From contig OZ024740.1 of assembly GCA_964016885.1 (NCBI GenBank), positions 229,338,001 to 229,402,000 of the forward strand: 64,000 bases of DNA, given 5' to 3'. The DNA comes from Eledone cirrhosa. Taxonomy: Eukaryota. Below, piece by piece: positions 13,235 through 25,535 of the stretch. A model generated the notes under the pieces. The model had not been told where the DNA came from. It did no database searches and was given only the letters and a program-made list of their open reading frames with translations. Position numbers and translations under genes: made by a program. The number at the start of each line of letters is the position of its first letter. Positions within the stretch are counted from its first letter, which is position 1.

Positions 13235-15035
13235 CTCTTCGGGTTGCGTAATTTCCATGGCATCAGGTGTGTTGGGTGGAGGGATGTTTTGTGGTGGTGT
13301 GGGGGTACACGTGTGTGGTGGGGTTGGGGTATTTGGAGTTGTGTCAGGGAGAGGGGCGGTTATGGGGAAATCTTTCAAGAGGACGCGATTCAACGGTTTT
13401 AAACAGGGGGGGCTCACGTCCCGTCTAAATTGTTCTTTTAAGGAACGATAAAGGTCCAGAGGGACCTTTATCATTTTTAAATGGGTGAAGTTCTCTGTTG
13501 AGATAAAGTTTGGCCCTTCGGTCTGCACCATAGGGTTATTGTTTATTAATTTAACCAGTTTTTTGTTTTCTTTATTTATATATGTGTATTGCAACGTCTT
13601 TTTTTGTGATGCTGTCAATGTTTCGGAGAGGGGAGGCGCAGATTTATTTTTGTTTGTTGAGGGTGGGGTGTTTTTGATTGGAGTTGGTGTTTGTGTGTGG
13701 GTTATTTGTGGTGTGCTGGGTGTGTGTTTTCTTTTTTTTCTTTTAACTTGTCTGAAGGCTTCTCCTCCTTCTTCTTCAGAAGTTGGGGGAAATTCTTCAG
13801 CGCTAGGTGGGAGGGACGTGTTGTGTGGTTGTTTTTTTTTTGCGGGAGGGGTAGATTTGTTACTGTTTTTTTAATTATTTGTTTGGAATGGGTTTTGTGG
13901 TGGTGGTGGTGGTAATGTTTGTGTCGTGCTTGTGGTTGGTGATGGTGGTGGTGATGTTTGTGTTGTGGTTGGTGGTGGTGATTTTTGTGTCGTGCTTGTG
14001 TTTGGTGCTGGTGGTGGTGATGTTTGTGTTGTGTTTGTGGTTGGTGGTGTCTGTATTTTGTTTGCTGTGTGTGGTATTAGTGTATTTTTGGAGGTGGGTG
14101 GTGCTGGTGTACTGTTTGTGGTGGGTGTGGGCAATAGTCCTTTTTGGGGGATACGTTTCGGGCAGTTAGCCTTAACGTGTCCCCTTTCCATGCATAAATA
14201 GCATGCTGGTCTTCTCCCCTCTACAATTATGTCTATTGGGGTAAGGTCATCCAGCCAGATGCGATCCGGGATTTGTGCTATTCTTTCGGGCCTCATTTGG
14301 ACTAGTATGTCGAGGCCCATTCCCAGGAACGCATCTCCAGTTGCCTTCCCCATTGACAGCATAGTGTCTTCGCCCATATCAATGAAGCCAGCAATAGCCC
14401 ACCAGAAGTCCATTGTGGGCAGCATTGTTTTTACTTTTACTCTCTGTGTTCTTCTACCCATGTAGGAGGGATAGAAGCTATATGTTGTCGACGAGAGTGG
14501 GCTTAGGGAAAGCTTCTCCGCCGTTTCTTTGTCTCTTGTTAGGACCGAAATGCTGCCATAGAGTCGGTCCTTTCGTATGAAGAGAATATTCTTCATATAG
14601 TCTTTTAGGACTAACTCTATTTCCATTTGGCTGGGCTGTGCTGGCTTTCTTGTCTGGTTCAGTATAGTTCTGTAGAGAACTGTGTTTTCTGCTCTGGCTT
14701 TCTTGAATTCTGGGGGGGGGGGAGTTAATGGAAAACATTCCGTTCTCCCCCAAAACAATGTGTTTCTTTGCTTCGGCCAGTTTTTCTCTGGCGGCAGTTA
14801 GGTCAATTGGTGTGTATGTAATGGATTGTTTTGTTTTCTGGGCGAAAGTTGCCCTGTCGTTATTTGTATTATTTTCTGTTTGTTTGTTTTCTGTTTGCTC
14901 ATTTTCCTTAACATTTGTTTTTTCATTTTGTTTGTTTGTTTCAATGTCTAATTTTGTTGTAATTATTTTTTGTTCTTCAGACTTGGGGGGCGTGGCAGAG
15001 CTAATGGCAGACATGTCTACCATCTTTTCCGCCAT
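13196..15035 (-). pseudogene. ORF1 of copy B
   Basis: Begins MAEKMVD; CYLCMERGHVKANC knuckle; T/P-rich linker; conserved C-terminal block; frameshifts near 14715 and ~13890. Confidence 0.85.
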
Positions 15036-15036
15036 G

Positions 15037-15175
15037 CTGCCAAGAAAGAAATTTTTCGGCAAAAATAGATATTTATTTTACCCCCTAAAAAGGGGGTAAA
15101 TGCAAAAATGTTTCCCTAAATAACAGGGGTTAGTGTTCCAAATGTGTTGCACTAAAAAATTTATCCGGTACTTAC
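15037..15175 (-). other. Putative 5'UTR intron of copy B (139 nt)
   Basis: GTAAGT donor at 15175; acceptor tttctttcttggCAG one base before the ORF1 ATG. Confidence 0.5.
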
Positions 15176-15538
15176 AATAGTAAGGGTAAATCCCGATGGA
15201 ATAGCGGAGCCGATGCGAAGCGTGTCTTACTCTATCAAGATAGATAGATAGATAGATAGATGAGATAGATAACTTTCTTTTTATTTGCCACCAGGGCGTC
15301 AAAGAGTGGGACAAGTACAATGGGGGGAGTTTACATAAAATGGCGTCCTCAATAAGGAGGAGGCAATAACAAAATATAAAAATATAAAATATAAAATATA
15401 ACAAAAATAATTGAATAACAAAATCCTGAATAAGGAGGAGGTGCCTTGGGGGGTCGCACACCCCCACGAAAAAGTGTGCAACCCTTCTCCTCAGGAGCAC
15501 AGAGAGAGGGTGTTCCCTTGATATTTTATCTTTCTCAC

Positions 15539-18500
15539 CTACAGTCTGATGTAGAGTGAAGGCCCATTCACACGGGCCATTCTCGCCACTTTCACCCATC
15601 TTTCATAAAAACGGCTGGGGTGCAGCACCTCTCTCTCCATCCCGATCCTTCTTCCGAAATGATATCGGAAGAAACGGACCAGTTGTTGGCCAGTGAGAAA
15701 GGTGTCTGACCTCAGTCCTTTCTGACGCGTCCACCATACAACCTCTTTCACCATGCGCACAGAAACAACGTCTCTCCTTTGTTTTTGAAGAGGGGAGGCG
15801 GCTTAATCGTTACAATAGACTCGGTGGTCAACCGGATCGGTCCCACCCGTGACAGCAGTCGTTCGACATAGCCCCACATATCGGCAATGCCCGAGCAGTG
15901 TACCAATGTGTGTGCAACGGTTTCCTCGTCGCACACGCATCTGGGACAGATCTTTTTCGAGGGGTCCTTACCCGGGCGCCCGTGTCTGTAGACTCTTTCT
16001 CGAACGAGCAGAGCCCCTCGGTAGCACTGCCAGGCCAGGGACCTCTGGATGTTATCCATAGGTCCCGGGCTGAATGTCCTACAGAACAGGTTGGCCAGTT
16101 CGTTTTCCTCCATGCCTAGGGCTTCTCCGAGGGCGTCGTCGCACCTGATAACCACCAGCCCTCTATAGAATGACAAGGTGGATTCTCCACTGACATCCGG
16201 GTCCGCCTGCCAGAGAGCCGTGAGCGCCTGGGCACACTCGGTGTGCCAGGCGCCCAGTTTTCTCGGTCTTTGCTTGACCCAGGATTGCAGTTCGGTGAGG
16301 AAGACGAGTCTGGGAAAGGCTCGCCTCACAAAAGGGGCCCACACCGGTTGACCGGTGAGGAAAACCTGGAGGTGCACTAGCCTTAATGCGTGTTTACGCA
16401 TCATCAGCCACGCATCCACAGCCTTCCTTTCGAAGGGTGTTGACAGCAGATGGATCTCCTCACCATAGGAGCCCGCTTCTTCCAAAGGAATTGGAAGAGT
16501 GCGCGCTCCATTTTGGCGAGCGTTTCTCTTGGGCAAGGCACGACGGTCAGGCGGTAGTAGATGACGGACGCTATATAAGTGTTCGCCACCTCCGCCCGAC
16601 CTTTCAGGGACAGTTTGCACTCGGCCCACTTCTGGGTCAGTGCAACACCCTGTTCGTTACCTCACCCCAGTTCTTCTCCACCTGGAAGTCTGGTCCTAAC
16701 CAGACCCCGAGAAACTTCACCGAGCCCTCCGTCCAGCGCCCGACGACGCCATCGGAGGGAATCGATTTGCCCCTCCACGTGCCGAGTTGCAGACCGATCG
16801 ACTTGTCCCGGTTCAGCTTAGCGCCTGTAAACCTTTCGTACTCCTCCAGTAAGGTGCCGATCGCCCCGATTTCCGAGGCCGTCGACACCATTACTGTTAC
16901 GTCATCGGCGTAGGCCGACACCGCTTTCCGCAATCCCGGTTCCAACGGGATGCCCTGCAGCAACTCCAACTTCCGCAGCAGTGGCTCTAGAGTCATACAG
17001 AAGGGAGGGGAGAGGGCACCCTTGTCGGATGGACCGCGCGATTTCTAACGGCTCCGAGAGGTAGCCGTTCACCTTGACCCTAGAGCAGATGCGGCTGCTG
17101 TGCATGGCAGCAATCCAGCCCCTGAAAACGGGTCCGAAGCCTGCCGCCGCTAGCACCGCATCCAGGTAACCATGGTCGACCCTATCGAACGCCTTAGATT
17201 GATCAAAGTTGATCAGGGCCCCACCAAAGCCGGGTTCGTTCCCAACCCTCTCTATGATGTATCGCATGAGGTGGAGGTTGTCGTGGATGGACCTGGACGG
17301 GATAGCACATTTCTGCGCATCTCCTACCAGGTTGCCCACGACAAGCGCCAACCTCTTTGCTAGCACCTTGGCCAAAATCTGTATTTAGCAGAGTTATGGG
17401 CCTGAAATTATTTATATCGTCCCCCTTGTTCTCGTCCTTCCTCACTAGCGTGACTACGCTCTTGGTCACAGCACAGGGAATTCTCCCGTTCTGTTGCCAG
17501 TTGCAGTAGACCGCCTCGAGGAGATCGGGGAACAAGTCCGGCATAGCTAGATATAGTTCGTATGGAAGACCATCGAGACCCGGGGATTTGCGTTTGCCGC
17601 ATTGGCTCAGCACGTCCTCTATCTAAGCGGCTGAAATCGGCTTCTCGCAGGGCTTCGCCCCCTTGTCTGAGAGACGCGGCAGGGCGTCGAGGTATGGACC
17701 GAAGTCCACTTCCCCAACCGGCTCCCCGCCCCTTCCGAACAATCTGGCAAAGTGCCTTTGAAAAGCCTCGCACATCTGCTTAGGTTCAAGGATCACCCGT
17801 CCATCCTGGTCTCGCAAAGACCGGATAGTGGATCTACTCCCTCTTTTGGCTTCTGTCATGCGGGCCCAGCTAACAGCTTTGGTGCCCTCGTTTCCCAGAG
17901 CACGTATTTTGCTTTGGACGATGCAGCCTTCGTGTTTCGCGTCGAAGAACTGGCCCAGGGCTGTTCTCGACGCTAGCAATCTGGCCACGTCGCCGCTTCT
18001 AATTGCCTCTTCTACACTATCTACCAACTCGCTTTCCTTCCTATTTCTATTTGAGGCTAACTCCTTACTAAATTCTATAGAGACTACTCTAATCTCTCTT
18101 TTGAGAGATCCCCACCACCTGCTGTTGACGATGGCGCCCGTCAACCGCTCCTTCACTAAAGTGCTAATCCGGTCCCTGTAAGCTTTACTTGCCGGTAAGG
18201 ACAAGTTGAGCTTCCAGTAAGCGGGTCCCTGTCTATGCGTTCTGTCAAGGTTGACCATGCAGGTCACTAACTTGTGGTCTGAATAGCCAACCATGAGCAT
18301 TTTTGGACAACTTAAAAAGTCCTTATCCTTATTTCTAGCTAAGAACCTATCTAAGTACGACCTAGATGATCCGCTACAGTTTGCCCAAGTCCAGGTTGGC
18401 GCAGTTGGAAAATCTAGTCGATATCTATCGGCCAGGTCAAATCGGCCGATTAACTTTGAGGCTGTTACACCCCTCTCTATCGGGACAAGCCCCTACGTAG

Positions 18501-18950
18501 TCCCAACGTGCATCTAGGATACCATTCCAGTCCCCCACTAATAGCAAGGAGCGGGACGTCCCTAGAAAAGTCTCCAGACGATGGAAGAAGTCCGGCCGCG
18601 TTGACCCGAAAGGACCGTAGACGGCTACCAGCCTAAACGCTCCGCCTTCACCACTGCCATGGTCCAGAATCACTAGTCGACCCTACGGGTCCAAATGTAC
18701 CGTCTGTGTTGCGAGACCCAGATGTTTTTGCAGCAGAACGACAACCCCACCCCACACCGGGCTGACAGAGAGATGCGTGCATCTCAAAGTCATCAAAGGT
18801 GGGGGCCAGCTGTCGCACGTTGCTGATCCGGGCCTCGAAAATAACCATCACATCTCTACGTTGTGAACTGAGGTCATTTAGAAGCATTGCTTGCTTCCAA
18901 GTTGAGCCCAGGCCACGCGCATTTAGACAACCTACTCTCAGCATAGCCAT
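15539..18950 (-). pseudogene. ORF2 of copy C, multiply frameshifted
   Basis: APE, RT (YADD) and CCHC motifs spread over several ORF fragments collinear with copy B. Confidence 0.9.
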
Positions 18951-18978
18951 GTTGGTGGTGAAGAGAAAAGGCACTTAC
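15539..18978 (-). other. Putative intron spanning all of ORF2 in copy C
   Basis: Donor GAG|GTAAGT at 18978; acceptor ccttcactctacatcagactgTAG|GT at 15539. Confidence 0.5.
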
Positions 18979-20379
18979 CTCTCTGCGTCCCGGGTATAGG
19001 GCTGCACAATTTCCATGAGGGTGGGGGATGGGTTGTTGGGTGGGGTGATGGTTTGTGGAAGTGTAAGGGCATCAGTGTGTGGTGTGGTTGGGGTGTTTGG
19101 AGTTGCGTGGGTGTTTGGGGAAGAGGTGGGGAATTTTTTTAGGAGGACGCGGTTAATGGGCCCGACGCAGGGGGAGCCCACGTCCTCTTTAAAGTTGTTT
19201 TTTAGCGTTTTGTATGTGTCCTCTAGGGCCTTAATCATTTTGAGGTGGGGGAAATCCCCTGCCTGGGTGAAGTTAGGCCCTTGGGTTTTCACTAAATTGT
19301 TGTTGTATACAATGTTTAGCAGTTTTTTATTTCTTGTGTTTATGTATGTATATGCATGTTTTTGTTATTGTGTGGTGTTTTTTGTTTGCTGTTGTTGTGT
19401 GCTCTTTTGTGTTGGTGTCTGTGTTATGTTTTGGGGAGGGGTTGTTTTCATTTGTGTGTCTGAGGTGTGTTTTCTTTTTTTTCTTTTGATTGTGTGGAAG
19501 TGCTCCTCCTCGTCTGACGACGAACGAGGTTCTTCTTCCGCGTTGGAGGGGAGGGGTAGATTTTCGGGTTGTGTTTGCGGTGCGGGTGTTTTGAAAATTG
19601 TTTTTTTTTTAGTGGGGGGGATGGGTTGGACAGTGTTTTGGTTTGAGCTGTGGTTGTTGTTTTTGTAGTGGTGGTTGTGGTGATTGTGTTGGTTGTGCAG
19701 TTGTTGGTGGTGTAGGCAGGATTGGGGTTTTCTTATTAAGTTGAGGACAGACAGCCCTCAGCTGACCTCTGGCTCCACAGAGGTAACACGAGGGCCGCCT
19801 ACCCTCAACGGTAATGTTAATAAAAGTTTGGTCATCCAGTATGACGCGTTCAGGGATCTGGGCGATCCTTTCGGGGCTCATTTGAACTACAAGTTCGAGG
19901 CCCGTTCTACTGAACGCGTCACCCGATGCCTTTCCCATGGATATTAATGTGTCGTCGTCTAGGTCCAGGAAACCTGTCAATACCCACCATATATCCATAA
20001 TCGGAAGGATGGTGTGAATTTTTATTTTTTGTGTCTTTCTACCCATGTACGTAGGATAGAAGGTGTATGCGGTGGATGTGATTGGTTTGATGGACAGTTT
20101 CACTGCTGTGTCCATGTCCTTCATGAGAATGGATAGATTCCCGTAGAGTCTATCCTTCTGAATGAATGTGATGTCTTTCATGACATCTTTTAAAACCAGC
20201 TCTATCTCACTCTGTGATGGTTGAGCTGGTTTTTTGCTTTTGTTTGAGACTGTCCTAAACATGACAGTGTTTAGGAGTCAATGGCTTTTTAGTTCGGGGG
20301 GGGGGGGGGGGGGGGGCGAAAATGATCCGTTTTTTTGGCATCTGCCAGTAGCTCCTTCGCTTTGCTGATATCTACTGGC
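18975..20379 (-). pseudogene. ORF1 remnant of copy C
   Basis: CYLCGARGQLRAVC degenerate knuckle; C-terminal block; ends MEIVQPYTRDAER*. Confidence 0.8.
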
Positions 20380-23300
20380 AGGAAAACTGTCTCTCTTTCG
20401 TTTTTGAAAGAGGCTGGCGGTTTGATCCTTACTATGGACTCGGCAGTCAACTGGATTTGTCCCATACGCGACAACAGTTGTTCTGCATACTTCCACAGGT
20501 CGGTTACACTCGGGCAGTGTACAATTGCGTGCAGGACGGTTTCAATGTCCTGCGCGCATCATGGACACGTCCTCTTGGAAGGATACCTGCCGGGGCGTCC
20601 GTGCCTGTAGATCTTATCACGAACCGGTAGAGCTCCTCGGTAGCACTGCCAGGCGAGGGACCTCTGGAAGTTGTCCATAGGTCGCGGGGGGAAAGTCCTA
20701 CCAAACAGACGGGTGAGCTCTTCGTCTTAAACGCCCAGAGTCTCTCTGAGCACGTCGTCGCCCTTGTAACGTACAATCCCTCTATAGAATGTCGAAGCGG
20801 AGTCTCCACTGATTGCTGTGCCCGCTTACCAGAGGACTGTGAGCGCCTGAGCGCATTCAATGTGCCAGGCGCCCATCGTTTTCGGTTTTTTTTTTACCCA
20901 GGACTGCAGCTCCGTCAGCGAGACGAGCTGCGGGAAAGCCTGTCTCACAAACGGTTCCCACACCGGTTGGGGGTCGGTAGGGTATACCTGGAGATGCCGC
21001 AGCCTCAGCACATGTTTGCGCATCATCAGCCACGGCATTCCCAGCCCTCCGTTGGAAGGGTGCTGACACCAGACGTATCTCCTCACCAGCGGAGCCTGTT
21101 TCTTCCACAGAAACTGGAAGAGGATGCGTTCCATCTTGGCGAGGTGTTCACTGAGACAAGGCACGACAGTCAAGCGGTAGTAGATGACGGACGCTATGAA
21201 AGTGTTCGCCACCTCCGCTCGACCTTTCAAAGACAGTTTGCACTCTGCCCACTTCTGGGTGAGCGCAAACACCTTGGCCGTTACCTCTTTCCAGTTCTTC
21301 TCCACCTGGAGGTCTGGACCGAACCAGACTCCGAGCAATTTAACCGGTCCGTCCGTCCAGCGTCCAACGACGCTGTCGGACGGCATCTGTTTGCCTCCCC
21401 ACGTACCGAGTTACAAACCGACAGACATGTCCGGGTATAGTTTTGCTCCCGTCAGCGTTTCGTATTCTTTCAGTAAGTTGCCGATCACCCCGATTTCCGA
21501 GGTGCTCGACACCATTGCCCTCACGTCGTCGGCATAAGCCGACGCCGCTTTCTGCAGTCCCGAGTCTAGAGGGATGCCCTGCAACAGCTCCAATTTCCAC
21601 GGTAGTGGCTCTAGAGTCAATACATACAAAATGGAGGAGAGAGGGCACCCCTGTCGAATGGAACGCGTGATTGCGAACGGGTCCGATAGGTAGACGTTCA
21701 CCTTCACCCTCGAGCAGATGCTGGTGTGCATCGCCTTGATTCAACCTCTGAAAACGGGACCGAAACCGGCCGCCTTGAGAACCCCTTCCAAGTCTCGATG
21801 GTCGACCCTATCGATTGCCTTAGACTGATCCAAATTGATCAGAGCCCCACCGAAGCCGGGTTTACTACCCACCCTCTCTATGATGTATCGCATGAGGTGG
21901 AGGTTGTCGTGTATGAACCTGGTCGGGATTGCACACGTTTGCGCGTTCCCTACCAGGTTCTCGACGACAAGCGCCAACCTCGTCGCTAGCACCTTGGCCA
22001 AAATCTTTAACTCTGTGTTGAGCAGAGTTATGGGCCTGAAGTTGTTAATTTCGTCCCCCTTGTTCTCGTCTTTCCAGATCAGCATTACTACCCTCTTGCC
22101 TGCAGAACTGGGAATTCTCCTGTTCTGCTGCCAATTGCAGTAGACGGCTTCGAGGACGCCAGAGAACAAGTCCAGCATGCCTATGTAAAACTCATAGGGT
22201 AGACCATCTAGACTGGGTGACTTGCGTTTTCCGCAGCGGCCCAGAGCGTCCCGTATCTCAGTGTCCGTGATCGGTCTTTCGCAGAACTCGGCGTCTGTGT
22301 TCGAGAGACGCGGCAGGCCGTCTAGGCATGAACTAAAGTCCCTTGTCCCGTTCGGCTCACCGCCGTTCTGCTCAAACAGTCGTGCAAATTGCTGCTGAAA
22401 GGCCGCGCACATTCGCTTGGGGTCAAGTAGCACGCGTCCGTTTTGGTCTTTCAAAGACCGAATCATGGACTTGTTGCCACTTTTTGCCTCTGCCACTTGG
22501 GCCCAGCTGACAGCTTTCGCTCCTTCGTTTCCTAGAGCACGTGTTTTGCTTCTGACCACGCAGCCTTCGTGTTTCGCGTCGAAGAACTGGTCCAGTGCCG
22601 TTCTCGACGCTAACACTCTAGCTGCGTTTTCACTTCTAAGTGCCTCCTCTACCTTGGCTACTAGTTCTCTTTCTATTTTGTTTTTCTCTAAGGCTAACTC
22701 TCTGCTCAACCTTATCGATTCTACTCTAATTGCTTTCTTGAGAGAGTACCACCATCTATTGTTGACGATGGCTCCCGTTAACTGTTGCTTGACTAGTCTA
22801 CTTATCCGTTCACTGTAAGCTTTACACGTTCAGCTTCCAGTATCCGGGTCCCTGTCTATGTATTCTATCACGGTTGACTAAGCAGATGACTGATTTGTGA
22901 TCCGAGTAGGCAACCATGTGCATTCGTGGACAGCTTAACATCTCCTTGTCCCTTTCTCTAATGAAGAACCTATCTAAATACGATCTAGATGTCCCGCTGC
23001 GGTTTGCCACGTCCACTGAGGTGCAGTCGGGAAATCCAGTCGATACCTATCAGCCTGTTGGAATTGGCCGATTAAAGTTTTGAGACTGTTGCACCCCGCT
23101 CTACTGGGACATCCTCCCACATAGTCCCATCGTGCATCTAGGATACCATTCCAGTCCCCCACTAAAAGTAAGGAGCGAGATGTTCCCAGAAAAGACTCTA
23201 GACGCTTAAAAAAGTCTGGCCGTGATTGCGATTGCCCGGTCGGGGCATAAACGGCCACCAGTCTGAAGGCTCCACCTCCAATACTGTTCACGTCTAGGAC

Positions 23301-23583
23301 TACCAGTCTACCCTCCGGGTCCAAGTGTACTTGCTGTACTTCGACGTCCAGGTTCTTCCGAAACATGACAGCCACTCCCCCCTCCACCTCCTGGCTGACA
23401 GAGAGATGCGTAGATCTCAAAGTCGTCGAAGATGGGGGTTAGTTGCTTCCTGTTGTGGATCCTGGACTCGGTGATGGCTATCACATCTATACCGTGTGAT
23501 CTAAGGTCGTTTAAAAGTTAGCCCTGTTTCCAGGGCATCCCTAGGCCACGCACATTCACGCTTCCAACTCGTAAACTAGCCAT
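20380..23583 (-). pseudogene. ORF2 of copy D, disrupted and C-terminally truncated
   Basis: AVYAP, GDWNG, SDHK, FRPITLLN, RQGCPLS and YADD motifs. Confidence 0.88.
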
Positions 23584-23625
23584 GTTGGTGAAGAAGAGTT
23601 GGAGAAAAAGGACGAAAAGGTGCAC

Positions 23626-24955
23626 TTACCTTTTTGTTTCCTGGAGATCGGGTTGTTCAATCTCCATTTGGGTGCTGGAGGGGGTGTTGGGTGGGGAAAC
23701 ATTTTAATAGGACGCGGTTGATGGATTTCTGGCAGGGGTTGCCCACGTCTTGCGAAAATTTATTTTTCAGGTCACTCTAGGTCTCTATAGAAACCCTTAT
23801 ATGCTTTGACGAAAGTTTTGCCCTCCGTCTCCACCTTGGGGTTTTGGGAGATGACCTCCATCAAACTCTTGTTGTTTGTGTTGATGTATGCGTATTGTTG
23901 TTTGTGTTTTTGTTGTGTTGTTTTAGTTTGTTGTTCGTCCGGGAGTTTTCTTTTTATGGTTGGTGCTTGTGTTTGGGGTTGTGTTGGTGTTGGTTTTGCT
24001 GGTAGGGTCATGTTTGACTGTGGTGTTGTTTGTGTTGTTTGTATCTGTGGTTGTGTGTTGGTGTTGGTGATTGGAGTTTTGGGGGTTTTGTGGTGTCTCT
24101 TTTTTTGTTTTTTAGATTTCCGAGGCTCTCCTTCTTCTTCACTTAAAGAAGCGGAAGCAGCCTCATATGTCGATGAATAATCATCGTCAGGAGTGTGGGG
24201 TAGGGGTATGTTGTGTGGTAGTGGTGTTTCGGTGTGTGTGTTTGTGGTAGTGTTTGATGGAGTGGGATGGGGTGGGGCTGTGTTCTTCAGGCGTGTTGTC
24301 TGTGTTTTTTCTGTTGTTGTTGGTTGAGTGGCTGTTTGTTTTGGTGTGTTTGCTTGTTTCGTGAGTTGTTGTTGTTGTGGTGGTGGTTGTTTTGGTGTTG
24401 GTGTTGGTAACAGTGCTTTCTTTTGTATTATTTTGGTTGATCGCGTTTGTAAAGGGCAGGAGGCATTTAGGTGTGTTGTGTTACCACAGCGAAAGCAATG
24501 AAATTTACGCCCATACACTGAAATGTTTATTTTGTTGTTGTCGTCCCATGTACGTAGGGAAAAAGGTGAATACTTTTGACACCATTGGTGTCACAGAATG
24601 TTTTGGCGCGAGTTCCTCGCTTTTAAACAGTACGGAAATACTTCCGTACTGTTTTCCTCGTTGGAGAAAGTCAATATTTGCTAGAGTCTCCTTCAAGGTG
24701 GCTTCTATGTCTGCTTGACTAACAAATATTGGCTCTCTCGTTGTATTGGAGACAGTCCTGAAGGTCACTGTCTTACGAACTGTCTCTTCTTTTATTTCGA
24801 AGGGTGAATTGATTCTAAACCCACCCTTGTCTTCGAAAGTTACAAATTTTCTCCCTTGCTGGAGCATATCTCTTGCATTGGAAATGTCAAGATTTATAAA
24901 ATCTTGTTTTTTGTTCACTCTTTCAGCGAAAGACATTATTTTTTTGTGGTGTTGC

Positions 24956-24986
<31 letters not shown>

Positions 24987-25301
24987 ATCGTTGTTAGCCT
25001 CGGTGTTGGAAATCGGAATTTCTTGACGAGGTGAAACTTTATGTGTAGATGTATCTATGGAGTTGTTGTTGTTGGCTGTTTCATGTGTATGTATATTAAT
25101 AGGTTTAATTCCTGTATGTTGTGTGTTATTTTTCTCCGCTTCGACGGTAGAAATTTTTAAGTGTTCAATTGGCAATATTTTTTTTTCCTTGTTGACATTC
25201 GTATCCATGGCGACGTCCATAGTAGCAGAAGCAGATATATCTGCCTCTCTACCTCTCTTCTCTCTGTCGACGTTCTCTAGCGTTCTTTCCGAGCTATTCA
25301 T
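23626..25301 (-). pseudogene. ORF1 of copy D with internal deletions
   Basis: CFRCGNTTHLNASC knuckle; segment between PTYMGR and INISV missing relative to A, B and C; ends MEIEQPDLQETKR*. Confidence 0.8.
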
Positions 25302-25488
25302 GATTTATAGTTGGCAAAATTTGATATTTTAAAACAATTTTAAAATTAAAAATGGAATTATCACCCAGCTGACAATTCAGATTGGGGGTTAATCTACAAA
25401 ATGATGTTTTTTCAAACAATTTGTTCAGTTTTTTGTATAGAAATTTACAAAAAAGCTTACCGGCGATGTTCCACGCGTCAGGCAGATA

Positions 25489-25491
25489 AGG

Positions 25492-25535
<44 letters not shown>

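Larger units (their letters stand above)
9505..15236 (-). mobile_element. Full-length Tx1/L1-clade non-LTR retrotransposon copy B (~5.7 kb)
   Basis: 5'UTR, ORF1, ORF2 (APE, RT with YADD, C-terminal CPRC...H...HC), 3'UTR with AATAAA and (TCTA)n tail; 5' end abuts the tail of copy C. Confidence 0.95.
15237..20379 (-). mobile_element. Tx1-like copy C (3' tail intact, 5' part of ORF1 lost)
   Basis: (TCTA)n tail at 15239-15270; disrupted ORF2 15539-18950; ORF1 remnant 18975-20379 fused to ORF2 of copy D. Confidence 0.9.
20380..25488 (-). mobile_element. Tx1-like copy D (5' intact, 3' end deleted)
   Basis: 5' end abuts the (TCTA)n tail of copy E; ORF1 23626-25301; ORF2 20380-23583. Confidence 0.9.

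Noticed and set aside
9661-22818. Plus-strand ORFs antisense to LINE ORF2
   Set aside because: Shadows of GC-rich coding sequence on the other strand
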